A stretch of 64,000 nt of DNA from positions 6,944,001 through 7,008,000 of the forward strand of contig CM007989.1 of the NCBI GenBank assembly GCA_002189035.1, given 5' to 3'. The notes under the pieces were generated by a model. The model saw nothing but the letters and a program-made list of their open reading frames with translations. It did no database searches and was not told where the DNA came from. The translations under genes and the position numbers were made by a program. This DNA comes from Utricularia gibba. Taxonomy: Eukaryota > Plantae > Magnoliophyta. Positions 34,217 through 47,786 of the stretch are shown here, piece by piece (the first letter of the stretch is position 1; each line of letters begins with the position of its first letter).

Positions 34217-34730
34217 AAACGTACTTTCCAAGACATTTCATGTATATACATTATATTGTAAAATTTTAATATTCAGAATAATAATTTATTTTTTAAAAAA
34301 AAATCGGTGTAAAAAATGACTAAAAAAATATGGGGTGGAGGGGAGGGATTGACAATAAAAAATAATATGGGGAGTTAAGAAGAAAATAGGGGAAGTGTAG
34401 TTCCATTATTTTAATTCTCAAGGGAATGCGGGGCGAAAAGGCAAGAAAGCCAAAGCTATAGAGAGAAGGTTTTCCCTCGCTGAATCGTTTTTGTGCTTCC
34501 AAGAATCGGAGCGCCCGAGAGGGCGAAGAACCGAAGCGTGAGAAGAAGCATTTTGTTGTCGTTGGTCAATCCGTATCTGGTGTATTCTCCGGCGTTGGTT
34601 GTACTTCCTGTGAGAGAATTTGCGAACACTGTGTTATTTCCTGTCAATTCGATGCGGATGTGTTCAGTGATTGGAATTGTTTCATGTGATCCTCACCTTG
34701 CTGTCAATAACAGCAGCGGTTTGAGTGGAT

Positions 34731-37529
34731 TTAGGCGCCACCAGGAACTGAGTCATATTCTCTTTCAGCGAATTCTCTCATTCTGTTCAATTCCGGCAAA
34801 ATCGTCTTGCCAAGGTCTGGTCGATCTTTTCGCCTCAGTTCAGCACATTGGAGGGATAGTTTTGCCAAGCACAGGGCTTCTTCGATAGGCCAGTCTGGAA
34901 CATGAGGGTCTAGAAGTTCGGGAAAATTGCCTTTCTCAATGGCTCTGCTCACATAGTGAGTTAATCCCATTGCTGGCTTCCCTGTTAGTATCTGCAGGAA
35001 CACAACCCCAAGAGAATAAATGTCCGATTTTGTTCCGAGCATGCCAGTTTGCTGATATTCTGGATCAATGTAGCAAAAAGTTCCCGCGGTTGATGTCATC
35101 CGGTACTGTGTTTCTTCGGCTACAGATTGGGGGACAAGCCTCGCAAGCCCAACGTCGCTGATCTTGCTCACATAGTTCTGGTCAAGAAGTATGTTTGCTG
35201 GTTTCAAGTCCCGATGAACCAGTGGTTCGGGTTTTGTTTGGTGGAGAAAATGCAAGCCTGTTGCAATTTCCGCTGCGATCCTGAATCTAAGTGGCCATGA
35301 CAGGGCTCGTGTGTTTCCTCGCCTATACAGACGGTCTTCAAGACTTCCATTGGCCATGTACTCGTAAACCAGGCAACCATATTCCGGGCATGCTCCTAGG
35401 AGTAACACCATATTTGGGTGCCTCAAGCAACTCAGAACTTCTACCTGCATAATTGGTGGGTTGAAGAAAGGACCTCATTATTATCAAGTCGAACGAATAT
35501 TCTTCCCCCAGAGTACAATACTTTGCTACTTGTACCTCTTGTTGAAATTGTGATCTTCCTTGGGCAGCATCAGGTCGAAGGACTTTCACTGCAACAGGTG
35601 TGTGATCCAAGTAACACTTGAATACTGGCCCATAGCCACCTTCGCCAACTTTTTTGGATTGTGAAAATAACTGTGTAGCCTCTTCTATGTCTTCAATTGA
35701 ATATCTTCTGTATCTTAATGATGAAATACTGATTCGCTTCTCTTCTGAACCTGCTTTATATGGTGATTTTTGCAATTCTTCTGCAACGTTCTGTTCACCG
35801 TGATCATGCTCCATGGAAACTTTGAACTTTCCTTTCTCTTTTTCATCATTCAGATGCATAGATTCTTCAGCAAGTTGAGTTTCTTCAAGTTTTCTTTCTT
35901 CATCCATTCGCCATTTGTGCAGCTCCAAAGCCTGTATCAAATTTTCAGCATGTTTTAGTAATTTGAGTTGCAAATGAAGGTAGCATTCGCATGTAACATT
36001 GCCTTTTGCTTCGCATTCAAAGCCTCTTTGCAGGCAGTACTGTACATTTCCATAGTCTTTTGCAACTCAAGTTTTAGTCTTCTCATTTCAGATTCGACAT
36101 CTTCCTGCATTTGTTGATAACAAGAGAAAGAGCAAATGTTATGACTAATATTGTATTTGACTTAGCTTCCCTGAGCAGAGAGGCAGAGATTGATGGCATT
36201 CTCACATTTTCCATCGACGAAGCAGAAAAGTCAGAAGTAAAAGAGCCCACATCACTTCCTCTAGTTGTCCCAGAGCGTATTGAAGCATAGCTACTATCGG
36301 AGCTAGTTGATAATCTTGAATTCTTACAAGAATTCATGTTATCAGCGAGCATATCTGAGAGCCTATCTGTACTCAACCTTTCTGTACTTGGCCTATCAGA
36401 GCTTATGAAAGATATGTCACTTTCGTATTCCGGCATATCTCCTGTCATCTTCCCAGGGTACGCTCTCCCTCTTGAAAATGGTGACCTGAATGTGGACACA
36501 CATTACATTCTTGGGGATGTCAGGTTAAACTCACTTTTAGGTACATAGTTTACCTGAGCAAATCCATATCATCAGCCGCAGCTCTGTAAGGCATGGTCTT
36601 CTCTGGACCTGATGAAAACTTGTGGTAAATATGAAAATCAGTATCATGTTATTCAAAGGAAGGACAAACCAGCACGAATAGCTTCAGCTGCTGGAGGAGT
36701 ACTAGCATTGTTTTGGACATCAGTTTGCTGGATCTGAGCTAACAGGGGCGAAACAAATGGAGCCTGCCTGGAAGCATTCCTTATTGAGGAGATTTTTGAT
36801 TTTGATATCACATGAACGGTGCAGAAGTCGGGGGCTGTCTTTGACACACTAGCAGGTATGTCTACGGTCTTGAATCTTCTGCCACAAAGGGCCATTTTTA
36901 CAGACCAAACTCCAGAAACTCGGAAGTTGCACAGGAAAAAGGGTAGAGCTTCTTCACCTGATGAATCCCTGACGAGAGCATCCAAGAGCCAGATTTTCGA
37001 TAGCTGCATTGGCGACATATTCTGTGATGGCTTTCGCAATGTCGGTGTCCTCCAAAACTACATCAAAGCAACGTATCTGTTGAAAAAGATTCGAATTATT
37101 GCTAAACACAATTGGAAGTGTTGTTCTGGTACTCAAAGATCAAATGTTGATTACATTTTTGCGGGTGCAGAAGCAGTGGAAGGTCAGGAACAACTCTTTT
37201 GTGGGCTTGTCGAGTACTTGCTTAGGACCTGATGCCGCCGCCGCGAGGTCATAGGTGTTACCTGTCGGACGGACCGCTGATAAACAACGGCCATGAGAGG
37301 AACAAGAAGATAATAGATGGACAGAGAGCAGGAAGGAAGGAGTACTTGAACTTGAAGGGCGGTTGAGAACGTGAATGAGGATGATGGTTTGACCTCGTGT
37401 GATGAGGTTCTCGGTGACCCATTTGAGTGCATTTTGGCTTCCCTTGTCTTTGTCGATGGCCACTGCAACGAGGCCATTTCTCCCCTTCTTCCGCCCGGCG
37501 TTGCTCGCCTTGGCACTTGGAAGCCACAT
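34731..37529 (-). CDS. USP (adenine nucleotide alpha hydrolase-like) domain receptor-like cytoplasmic kinase (PUB35-like family); no U-box visible
   Basis: VAVAIDKDKGSQNALKW USP start, coiled-coil, VGEGGYGPVFKC, VHRDLKPANILLD, DVGLARL, GTFCYIDPEY. The stop follows the kinase C-lobe. Confidence 0.9.
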
Positions 37530-37951
37530 CTTCTATGGTCTGCCTAATTTTGAAAGATGGATAGGCACCTTTATTCCTACCAAAATCAGGAGATCCGCTC
37601 CTTGACACCTTCTATATTTAGTTTCAGTTCAAGTCCATGCCACGAAAGTGGCTAAAACTTTTGGTGCCTGCCTTTCCTTCCTCAAAAAAGAAAAAAAGCA
37701 GAATCCAAATTGTGTTGGTACCCAAGGGGACAAATTTCCATTGGAATGGAACTAGACAGATGCCTGAGTGATAAAGGTACCACTTTTACATACAAATTTA
37801 TCATTGCAGTTACCATTTATGACAAAACATTGGATAGAGTGATGCATGAATGTGAAATGAAGCCTGGTTTTTCTGAAAATATTGAAACTCACAAGGGACA
37901 AGCTCGAAGTGTCTATAGTGTTCTACATTTCTCTGGTTCGGAGAGATTAGA

Positions 37952-39664
37952 TCACATATCAGCAACCACACGCTTGTAGAGATGGGGAGCCAGTCTGGGA
38001 GTAGCCATGCCTTCCAAAGGAGTCCTCATGTAAGTAACTAGACCAGGATTTTCTCCCATATCAACATCTTCTGCTCTGACCCCATCTTGAGGCGTCCATG
38101 TGAAATGGTGTAGGAGGTGTCCGATCATCGAAGTTACCAGGTTGATGCCGAGCTGCGCACCAGGGCAGATGCGTCTTCCGGCCCCGAAGGGGAGGAGTCG
38201 GAAGTCAGTACCCTTCATGTCAACATCCTCCTCCATGAACCTCTCCGGTCTGAACTCTGTGGCGTTCTTCCATACTTGAGGGTCACGGGCCACTGCCCAG
38301 ACGTTAACGTGCACATTTGAGCCCTTCGGGATGTCGTATCCACCCACCTTGACGTGGGTATTGGCATGATGGGGGAGCATGAGAGGCGTTGGAGGGTGCA
38401 GCCTCAGTGACTCCTTGGCCACATACTGTAAGTAGGGAAGGTTGGGAATGTCAAGCTCTGTCATCACACGATCCCGGCCAACCACACGGTCTAGCTCCTC
38501 TTGAGCTTTTTGCTGGACTCTGGGATTCTTGATCAGTTCTGCCATTGCCCATTCTACTGATATTGCAGTTGTGTCCATGCCGGCGGTAATCATGTCCTGC
38601 ATATAGATCACAGCAGCATGATATGCATAATTTGACTCTTTTTCAGGAGTGACAGATGATCTCAGATACGGCGGATATGCTCACCCATAGGAGGCCGATG
38701 ACGGTGTCGTCGCTGAGATCATACTTTTCCTTGTTCACCAGCAAAGCATCGAAGAAGTGATGTTTGGCGCTTCCACTCTGTTGGCGAGCGACGGTGTGTT
38801 CCTCCATTATTTCGTGGGTGAGACGGTCTCTACGATTTGCGTGCTTGGAAAATGCTTCTTCATCCAAAGGACACATCCAGCGAAGCCATGGAATGTGCTC
38901 CGCGATGGATAACGATGCTCCGATCTTCAAGCCGTTCGCCACGATTGCCTTGAACTCCAGCCCTTGCTTGTCGGTGATCCCATTGGCGTTCACAAACCTC
39001 TTTCCGAAAGCAAGGCGTGTTATGTTGTTGAATGCGACAGCTCCGAGGTACTTCTTAACCAGTAAGCTTTTGCCCTTGTTATCTACAGTAGGGTTTAGAT
39101 TGAAACACGGTTCATCGGATTATCTTCTAAACTGCCTGATTGATTACTCAATTCCTCAAGGGAAAAGGAGCGGAGCGTACCAGGGGAGATAGAGTCCGCG
39201 TAAATCGATTCGACCATGGCGGTGACTTCATCTTCCCTAATCGGCCTCAACGCTTCAAGCCTCTTAGGCGTAAAAAGCTCCAAGGTACAGAACTTCCTCA
39301 CCTTCACATAATGCGGCCCGTAATCAGCCCAAATCAAATCCTTCCCATCGCGGCTGAATCTTGCGGCCGATCGGTTGCGATGGCGGTCGGCGAGCTGCTG
39401 ATCCTTCTCCTTGAGCACTTCCTTAGCCAATTCCGTGTTGGAAACGATAACGTTGAGAGTGGAGCCGAACCACACGGATATGATGGGGCCATACCTCTGT
39501 GCCCATTCAGCAAAGCACCGGAACCGAACGGGTTTAATCTTGTAGAGGTTTCCAACCAGCGGCCACGGCAGCGGCCCCGGCGGAAGTCGGTAGAAAAGGC
39601 GGTGGTAGACGAGGTACAGGAACAGCGGGAGCAGGGGAAGCAGGAACAAGGCGACAGCAGCCAT
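37952..39664 (-). CDS. CYP98A: Cytochrome P450 CYP98A, p-coumaroyl shikimate/quinate 3'-hydroxylase; exons 39664-39181, 39082-38685, 38596-37952 (508 aa)
   Basis: [50 protein letters not shown] heme motif. Phases consistent. Confidence 0.96.
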
Positions 39665-39726
39665 GGAAAGAAGCTTTCCCCGGAGGATTTGGGGGATCCT
39701 GGCAGAAGTTTTAATAGAGCGAAGAA

Positions 39727-40134
39727 GTTGGTAAAGGGTAATTTAGGGTTTTCAGCTTCCATCACCTACTTTCAAACCGCGAACACTCTTCCGAGACTTG
39801 GATATTTTTCCCATCATTTTTATTGTTTTTTCAAATTAATCCCCGATGTCGCCGCTAATTAAAAAAAATACCTTTATATTGGTAGAAAATAGACAAGAAT
39901 GGGAAAATTTAATGGATAATTTTTTTAATCCCCCTTGTAAGAAAATTGATTGATCCATGGGGACAGGTGATGCAATAATAAATAAACTAATGTAGTTTAA
40001 TAATGGATCGATAAATAGGGGAATGGGTTGGTGGGTGAGCGGTTGGCTGGCTGTGGATGAACCGCACATGGATGCCATACGACGCCGTTTAAGTCGGTTA
40101 AGAGATGGACTGTGAATCACACAAAGAGTTGGTG
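39727..40134 (-). promoter_or_regulatory. AC/SMRE MYB-binding elements upstream of CYP98A
   Basis: ACCAACC (minus, 40026-40032), ACCAACT-type sites near 39727 and 40127, ACCTACT near 39765. These are established motifs of phenylpropanoid gene promoters. Confidence 0.5.
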
Positions 40135-40375
40135 AGCCACCACCAAAACCCGAGGGAGCCCCCGGATTTGCCAACAAAATGGATTACATAGAATTCCATG
40201 GATTAGGGCGCGAGATCGAATATTAAAACGTGATACAATAAAATACAAAGGTTTCAAGATCTCGACCGTGATGAAGAATACCGGATAATATAAATTATAT
40301 AATTTATATTAAATAAGTTACAAAGTGTGATATATAATTAGTAAAACAAATTATAATACATACAATATTTTCTAA

Positions 40376-40759
40376 GTGTGTTTGGTTCGTGGGATAAAAA
40401 ATGATAACTAAATGGTATATTGTTATTCGATATTTGATTACAAATAATAAATTAATTATTTATTATTGTATGGATTTATTATCTCATGAAAATAGTATAA
40501 AATAATCTAGTATTGTTGGGTGGGATTAAAAAATCTCACACAACAATACCATAAATGACATTTGCTTCTTTTTTTTTTGTAGAAAATCCAATTCAGGAAA
40601 ATAAATATATTTTCATCATTTTAATCATACAAATAATTATTCTATTCCAATTATTACAACACAAATCAAACATATCAAAATACATTCTCATCTAATTCTA
40701 ATCCATTATCGTACTTAATTTTATTTTAGGATAACTTATTTCATCAACCAAACTGATCC
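40376..40759. mobile_element. Degenerate Tourist-like (PIF/Harbinger) MITE between CYP98A and LOX
   Basis: TAA|GTGTGTTTGGTT...AACCAAACTGATCC|TAA: inverted GTTTGGTT/AACCAAAC cores, TAA on both flanks, AT-rich interior. Confidence 0.55.
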
Positions 40760-41294
40760 TAAATTCATTTTATTTATTTACCGGGCCCACACCACTGTCC
40801 GCCCCAGAAGTCCTACAGCAATCGGAGTCGGCTTACCTAGGTTTGGGCTTGAGGCCCATAAGAACATCAAAGAGAATAAATCAATAAATTAAGGCACACA
40901 TTTTAACAGAAATAAGGTGTAGGAAAGTGACCACTGTTCTTGCATGTACGTGAAAAAAACTATCCAAGAAATAACTACTATTTTAATATTAATTTTTTGA
41001 TATTGATAAAAAAATTAAAATTAAAAATGATAAACACTAACAACCATATCCATCAAGAGTCAAATGTCCGAGGACGGTGGACATGTAATTGCTGGATTGG
41101 TTGAATTTTCCTGGTTTCCTATTGGTCAAGCCCATGGTTGTAACATGGGGACGCACATAGCGTTGAATTTTCCTTCTATTTTCCTATACTGTGGAATATT
41201 ATTTTACCTAAAAAAACTGCAGCACAGTCGATGGAAGTCAACGGACACCTTATACTTGAACCACTCCCGAAATCATTTCGACGCACCTTTCAGA

Positions 41295-44200
41295 ATGGGG
41301 AGACCCGATTCCAGCAAGAAGCAGAAGCTCGATGCGCCGATGGAGATCACAGGAACCGTCGTTCTTGAGAGGAAGGTCTTGTCGGCGCTGTGCGACGCTG
41401 CCGACGAGCTTCTCGGACGGAAGGTGGCGGTCCAGCTCATCACCGCCGCGTCCGATCAAGGTTTTGTTCGGGTTCTCCGCCTCGATTCGATCAATCTGGA
41501 CTGAGATCTCTCTTATTTTTGTTTTCGGTTTTTGAAAAATTAGTGAATCTGGTGAAGAAAGCTTACCTGGAAGGCTGGATTAGCGGCGGCTACAGAGTGA
41601 AGTTCGAGTGGGAAGAAGATCTAGGGGCGCCGCTTGCGTTTATCATCACGAATCTGCACCACTCCGAGTTCTATTTAGAGACGCTGACACTGGAATGTGT
41701 CCCCGGACACGGCCGTGTCCATTTCCTCTGCAACTCCTGGGTCTACCCTTCCGAGTGCTACAACAAGCCCCGTGTGTTTTTCTCTAATCAGGTCTTCTTC
41801 TTACCTGAATTTCAGTTTCACACCCATGATTTCCAGAAATTCGATTTTTGGTACCCAAAATACTTTAATTTTCAATCATGTGAGCTTTTAAAATTGGGGA
41901 TTTAGAGGCAATATTAAATTTGGTGGTGGGCGGATTGTAAAAGTAAAAAAAACTCAAACTGAAGTAACAATGGCCGTGGACAGCCGTACTTGCCGTGGGA
42001 GACGCCGGCGGCGCTGGCGGCTTACAGAGAAGAGGAGCTGGAGAATTTGAGAGGAAATGGAAAGGGGAAGATGGAGGAATGGGACAGAGTGTACGACTTC
42101 GATATCTACAATGATTTGGGTGAACCTGAAAAGGGTATAGATCACGTCCGCCCCATTCTTGGCGGCTCATCTGAGCTTCCTTATCCTCGTAGAGGAAGAA
42201 CTGGCCGGCCTCCATCCATAGCAGGTGATTTCCTAAATCCAACCGGTTGATGGGTAAATCGAGCGGTTAAGATAATGTGCTTTCAGAACTTTTTTTTGCC
42301 CCTGATCGATTTCATTTGACAGATCCCAAGTGTGAAAGCAGGCTGCCATTGTATGATAGCTTGAACATCTATGTTCCAAGGGATGAGAAGTTCAGTAACA
42401 TAAAGATGTCTGATTTCATAGCATATGCACTCAAGTCCATATTTCAGTTCCTGGCGCCTGAGTTTAAGGATCTGTTCGATGAGACTAGGGGAGAATTCGA
42501 CTCATTTGATGATGTGATGCGACTGTATGATGATGGAATAAAGATAACGGAAGGCTCGGTGTTGGATAGGATTCGTAAAGCGATTCCAATTGAGACCATA
42601 AGAGAGCTGCTCAGATCAGATGGGGAAGGAGCTTTCAAGTTTCCTCTTCCTCAGATCATTCAAGGTAAGTTATTTAACTGTTCATGATGCCTAAGCTTGT
42701 GAACTGTGATCTGATGGAAAGTGTGAAGCAGAGGACAAAACGGCTTGGAGATCTGATGAAGAATTTGCTAGGGAAATGATTGCTGGACTAAATCCTATTG
42801 TTATCTGCCGCCTAAAAGTAAATATAATACATGCTTCTGCATCTGAAGTGCAATAGACTTGATCTTATTGATGCATTTTTTCCTGCAGGAATTTCCTCCC
42901 GTCAGCCATCTTGATCCCAAAATATATGGAGATCAATCCAGCAAGCTCACTGCGGATCACATAAAAGATGGTCTCGAGGGCATGACAATTGAAGAGGTAA
43001 ATAAGTCCCTTATTCTCTGAATTGAGTTCTTTACTCCAACATGAACATCGGCTACTGAAGCAAACAAGACAACTTTTGCAGGCACTAGAGAAGAAGAAGC
43101 TATACTTATTAGATCATCACGATTATCTGATGCCATATTTAGGAAGGATAAACACAACAGCGACGAAGACATATGCAACAAGAACGATTCTCTATCTGAC
43201 AAAAGATGGAATTTTGAAGCCTCTTGCCATTGAACTGAGCTTGCCTCATCCAGAAGAGCATCCCGGTGTACTGAGTTGGGTGTATACTCCAGCCAAGGAT
43301 GGAGCTGAAGCAACCATTTGGGAACTGGCCAAGTGTCATGTTTCAGTAAATGACTCAGGCTATCACCAGCTAATATGCCACTGGTAACATACCTGCGTAG
43401 TAAAAAGCTCAGCAATCGAGGCAGAATGCAGCTCAATTTCATCCTTTTTGTTTTGCAGGTTACACACTCACGCAACAATGGAACCCATCATAATCGCCAC
43501 CCACCGGCAGCTGAGCGTAATGCATCCAATCCATAAGCTTCTGCATCCTCATTTCAAAGATACAATGAACATCAATGCACTTGCCAGACAGACCCTCATC
43601 AACGCTGGAGGGTTCCTTGAGATAACCGTTTTCCCTGCAAAGTATTCCCTAGAGATGTCATCCATAAGTTACAAAAACTGGGTTTTTCCAGAGCAGGCAC
43701 TCCCCGCAGATCTCCTCAAAAGGTAAAATCGAGTAACCTCAAGAGTAATTTTCATCTCTAATTCTAAAAATTACCAAAGTATTAGTCCTTAAACTGCTTT
43801 TATTGTCCTCAGGGGAGTTGCAGTAGAAGACTCAAGCTGCACACACGGTATCCGTTTGCTCATCGAAGATTATCCCTATGCTGTTGATGGACTTGAGATA
43901 TGGGGAGCAATCAGAGCATGGGTTGAAGATTACTGCACCATTTACTACAAAACCGACGAGTCTGTTGAAAAAGACACCGAGTTGCAATCCTGGTGGAAAG
44001 ACATACGTGAGAAAGGGCACGGAGACAAGAAAGACGAGCCCTGGTGGCCAAAGATGCAGACCATCAAGGACCTCACAGATTCCTGCACAACCATCATATG
44101 GGTCGCATCAGCCCTTCATGCTGCAGTTAACTTCGGCCAGTACCCTTACGGCGGCTACCTCCCCAACCGCCCCTCCATGAGCCGCCGTTTCATACCGGAA

Positions 44201-44566
44201 CCCGGGACACCGGAGTACGAGGAGCTCGCATCGAACCCCGACAAGGCACTCCTGAAGTCAATCACCTCCCAGCTTCAGAGCATTCTTGGAATTTCCCTGG
44301 TGGAGATTCTGTCCAGGCATCCTGCAGATGAAGTGTTCCTGGGGCAAAGAGACTCCCCTGAGTGGACATCCGACAAGGAAGCAATCAGGGCGTTTGAGAA
44401 ATTTGGGGACAGGCTCAAGGAGATTGAGAAGAAGATCATTGACATGAACAACGATGGAAAATGGAAGAACAGGACCGGACCGGCGAAGGTGCCGTACACT
44501 CTGTTGTTCCCCAGCAGCGGGATTGGAATCACCGGCAAGGGGATTCCCAACAGCATCTCAATATAG
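41295..44566 (+). CDS. LOX: Linoleate 9S-lipoxygenase (type I, no transit peptide); 9 exons
   Basis: [60 protein letters not shown]-terminal IPNSISI. The TV specificity motif (EITVFP) points to 9-LOX. Confidence 0.96.
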
Positions 44567-45122
44567 AGGAGAAGAGAAGAGGCTCTTACAAAGCGCAAAC
44601 AATGCAGAGAGCTCCTCAGTATTATTAAATTTATGTATTGTAATTTATAATTACAGTTTAATAAAAATGATTATTTTGAGGAATTACACAGTTTTAAAAC
44701 GTACAATCCGGGTTAATTTTTTTTTTTTTATGGATTTAATCCATTGTAAAAATATTATTGTACTTATTTAAATTTAATATTTTAATTATTTGAATTTTTT
44801 TATAAAAAGTATAAAATCAAATTGAAATGAATGTAATATTGATTCATTGTTTAAAAATTCGATAAAATCGTTTAATTCTTCGTTGTATGGTTTTAACAAT
44901 TTATGTTATTTTTTTGTAATTTTAAAACTTAAGAATTAAATTTTTTTATAGTCATTTAAATGTGATTGTTTTTATTGTAATTTTATATTTAAATTTTAAA
45001 ATACTCCAATTACACATAATATATGAAATAACTGCAATTTTGAAGTTGGGGGTGTGATTTGGGGGCAAGGAGGGTTTTCAAGTCCAGAACTGAAGGAAAG
45101 CTGCAAATTTGAGGCAGTCTCT

Positions 45123-47389
45123 ATGGCGGAAGAAGACTCGGTTTCTGGTGTGAGAGGTTCCTCCTCCGGCCAGGAGCCTGATTCTGTCGAAGCCACTATT
45201 AATCGCGGCGTTGGTGGACTGACCGGTGGGGAGTCCTCCTCCTGCAACAACAATGCGGAGAGCTCCTCTGTAGTGACGTGTGAGGCAGTGCGGAAGGAAA
45301 ACTTGGAAGACGAAGATTTGTTGATGAAAGAGGGTTCTAAAGCTGCTGAAGAGGGAGATTATGCCGAAGCCGTGGACTGCTATAGCCGTGCTTTAGAGAT
45401 AAGGTGATGTTTCTTCGTGTTTCTTTCGCGTTCGTGCGATGTATTTTGATAGTGTGGAACCCCATTTTTCTGTTTTCACTAGTGTGCGCTCTTTCCACAA
45501 TGAAGGTTTTGTCTTCCGTAATGCTTATACGTTAACTGCTGTACGATTTGCGGTTATAGGGTTTCACAATTTGGAGAGCTTTCAACGCATTGCGTCAGTG
45601 CGTACTATAAATATGGGTGCGCTCTCTTGTACAAAGCTCAAGCCGAGTCTGACCCACTTGTATCAATGCCCAAGAAAGATGGTCAGCCTCAAGATGACTC
45701 TACGAATGATTCTTCGATCAAGAATAATGCTACTAGTGAATCTTCTGCTGCATCTGTGGCGGAACGGGGTGGAAGTGCGCAGTCTTGTGTTGAGACTCCA
45801 TGTGAGGGATTTTCTTTTAACTTATTTTGCAGGGGGCATGTTCTTCACTTGTTTTGCCTCCCTTATACAATGCTGAATACATAAATTTTATGCACGATGG
45901 GATTTGCGTGAATTATAAATGCGGGTTGGAAAGTTTAAGTGCAGAACAAGACATTTGTAGTGCCAAAGTGACTGGATAATTCTCATTTATCCTTAGTTCT
46001 CATTTCCAGTGTCTTGTATCTTGTATGCAGTCACAAATTCATTGGGTTTTGCAAACCCTTTTTTATAAGCATGTGAATTTGAATCAGGAATGTTGGATGC
46101 CCAATCCTGCACTGTAAGGTTGCAAGCTCTTTGTGGCTGTCAATTATTTACTCAGAGCACATTAGATTCACGCTCTGTGACATTTAATTATGTTCCATGG
46201 TATATTCTTGATGAATACTATTGTTATTTTATCCTTTGTTTATATTTTCTTTCAGCAGCCGAAGGTGATGCTGATGATGGAGGCCAAGATGAAAGTCAGG
46301 ATGAAGACCTTGCTGATGGTGATGAGGATGAATCAGATCTTGATTTAGCATGGAAAATGCTAGATGTTGCTCGGGCAATTGTTGAGAAGCATTCCGGTGA
46401 TACAATGGAAAGAATGGATATCTTGTCAGCTTTAGCTGAAGTTGCTCTGGAAAGAGGTCAGTTGGTATTTCCTATGTAGTTAACATATTTCAGTTTACAT
46501 ACACGTAGACATTTGAAATTTTCTTTCTTTTATCCAGAGGATGTTGAAACTTCTCTGAGTGATTACCTGAAGGCTCTATCAATTTTGCAAAACTTGGTTG
46601 AGCCTGACAGCCGCCGCATAGCTGAGTTGTATCCTCTGCTTTTCTATTTTTTTTTTTTTATTGTAGTTGTATGAGCGTTGTCCTGGGCTAAATTCACCAA
46701 ATATTATGTAAAATATTAGAGTTTTTAGTAAATTCCTTGACAGTGGAGTTCAGGAATTTCCGTATATGCTTGTGCTTGGAAATTGGCTCTAAGCCAGAAG
46801 AAGCTATACCTTATTGCCAAAAGGCTATTTCAGTTTGCAAATCTAGAGTGCAGAGGCTCATGAACCAAGTGAAGGACGGAAAGGCAGAGACATCATCCTC
46901 AGGTTCTTCAGTTCTTGATGCATCTCCGGATGACACAAAGGCAGAGATAGAAACTTTGAATGGGCTATGTGGTGAATTGGAAAAGAAGGTAATAATATTA
47001 AATAAAGATCCAAGGGTTTGAATTTATACCAACAGCAATCCAACTGCTCTTTTTTCGTGCAGCTTGAAGATCTTCAGCAGCTGATGTCCAACCCGAAATC
47101 CATCCTCTCCGATATCCTTGGAATTTTGTCTGCAAAGGCAAGAGGTGCTGAGAAAGATGTTGCTCCTTCGGTGGCCACAGTACTACCACAGACAAATGCT
47201 GCGGGACCTAGCGGAAGTAACCATCACTCTACCACTTCTACTCAAACAAATGGCACCTCTGGGGTGACACATTTGGGCGTTGTCGGAAGAGGAGTAAAAA
47301 GGGTTGTAGTTACCACAAACACTGAATCCGCCTCAACAAAGAGAAGTTGTGTCGAATCACCTTCAAAAGAGGATGGAAAAAACTCTTGA
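45123..47389 (+). CDS. NASP: NASP-like histone chaperone (SHNi-TPR)
   Basis: EGDYAEAVDCYSRALEIR, AYYKYGCALLYKAQ, DESDLDLAWKMLDVARAI, SALAEVALERE, NFRICLCLE, THLGVVGRGVKR. Contains a U12-type intron at 46629-46753. Confidence 0.93.
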
Positions 47390-47786
47390 AGAATGTTGGA
47401 GTGAATCTGAAAACCGACAGGTAGTGCTCTGTAGGAAATTTTCGTGAATCTATTCCATATCACTCTGGGCAGTTTCATTGTTAGTTGCATCTAGAACGCT
47501 TTGAATCTTCAGTGTTAGTTTCATTGTAAGAATGTTGAACACTGTGCTCCCTTCCAGTGCCCATAGTTATTCCTTTTAAGACTTCCATAAAGTCTAGAGC
47601 TTGTGGGTTTTGGCATTCTTCTTATGAGGAAAGTAAGATCTTGATGGATTGACAAAAGGGGTTTTCAGTTATAAAAACACTGGATTGATTTAAGCAACCG
47701 CTCAAAAGACAAAAACGATTCATGATCTCAATCACTGGGTGAATCATCCACTATTGGAAACTGTTAAAAGGTTCAACCTATCATTT

